From assembly GCA_045644325.1 (NCBI GenBank), contig JAZRGT010000099.1:11152-75151 (forward strand): a stretch of 64,000 bases of DNA, given 5' to 3'. Positions 63,577-64,000 of this stretch are shown piece by piece. Position numbers and translations under genes: made by a program. Position 1 is the stretch's first letter, and every line of letters starts with the position of its first letter. This DNA is from Eubacteriales bacterium. Its GTDB lineage: Bacteria; Bacillota; Clostridia; Oscillospirales; CAG-272. The notes under the pieces were generated by a model. That model was not told where the DNA came from. It was given only the letters and a program-made list of their open reading frames with translations, and searched no databases.

Positions 63577-64000
63577 TTACCTCGACGCATTGGAATAATT
63601 TGTGATGTTTACTAATTCATTGCCGTTACTATCTTTTGCAACAATTGTAATGCTGAAATACTTGGGTGCACCAAAACTTCCAACCCCCACTCCTGGAAAG
63701 TGGGAGATATTAATATAAACCCGACAATTGCTGCCATTGATCTGAAAGACGTAGTCATAGTTTGGATCAGGAAAGAACGTTACATCGTTTCTTTCTTCAT
63801 AGACATTCTCACCGATTATTCTTTTAAACATAAGTGCGTTGTAAAACTCAGAAGTATCTTTATTACCATATTCATCAACCTTAACTTCCGTAGCCTTAAA
63901 ACATTCAAGCGCATCTGCGGCAAAATAGATAGCAGCACTTTGAGAATTTGCAACTTTCGTCTTATCCGTTGCGGGGTAGATTATCGACAGAGCTGCGAAC
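63577..64000 (-). CDS. Putative pilin-like protein; 5' end outside the window
   Basis: Frame stays open upstream of the track ATG (63831) to the window edge (…FAALSIIYPATDKTKVANSQ…). Position is at the head of the pil operon. Confidence 0.4.
   Translation of the reverse strand, partial: FAALSIIYPATDKTKVANSQSAAIYFAADALECFKATEVKVDEYGNKDTSEFYNALMFKRIIGENVYEERNDVTFFPDPNYDYVFQINGSNCRVYINISHFPGVGVGSFGAPKYFSITIVAKDSNGNELVNITNYSNASR

Noticed and set aside
1-64000. Search for rRNA, tRNA, CRISPR arrays, IS or transposase genes, integrases, reverse transcriptases, and recognisable defence-system genes
   Set aside because: I saw no tRNA-like T-arm/anticodon structures and no regularly spaced direct repeats. 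No ORFs carried DDE, tyrosine or serine recombinase, RT, or typical nuclease/NTPase defence motifs. Absence is judged by eye only.

Overview
This is a gene-dense chromosomal segment of about 50% G+C. Its gene content points to a spore-forming Clostridia-type Firmicute: dpaAB dipicolinate synthase, a type IV pilus cluster, a BMP-type nucleoside ABC transporter, comEC, and a YtrA-like GntR/ABC module. Taxonomy is inferred from gene content only.

Most of the window is ordinary housekeeping. Recognisable genes are a MutS-related ATPase, an OmpR/HK/HtrA stress module, ychF, trmB-truB, an EF-G paralogue, metG-tatD, nagA, metY-metA, dpaAB, a biotin-protein-ligase-like gene, mscL and glnA. I found no rRNA, tRNA, CRISPR array, transposase, integrase or reverse transcriptase.

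Features the ORF track does not show:
- a clear guanine-class purine riboswitch with its terminator, in front of the BMP nucleoside ABC operon
- about a dozen consensus sigma-A promoters, several of which correct over-extended ORF starts
- many rho-independent terminators
- a 42-aa coupled small ORF
- two GC-rich nested palindromic intergenic elements

Candidates for something unusual, best first:
1. A promoter-driven four-gene decarboxylase/transcarboxylase-like operon (41987-45013). It encodes a carboxyltransferase, an OadG-like anchor, a 42-aa peptide and an OadA/5S-like protein. The 5S-like protein has lost every metal and carbamyl-lysine ligand motif. The operon has no biotin carrier domain and no pump subunit.
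2. A corrinoid methyltransferase cluster (48950-54948) with three URO-D-family paralogues, DUF2284 and a RACo-type activase. Substrate and methyl acceptor are unknown.
3. A 656-bp ORF-free convergent intergenic region (46497-47152). It holds a 55-bp near-perfect inverted repeat pair and is bracketed by two nearly identical terminator hairpins.
4. An AT-rich islet (6497-7540) carrying an XRE regulator and a membrane protein built from short D-x-D-G-Y repeats.

None of these can be confirmed without homology searches. All functional calls rest on motifs I recognised by eye.
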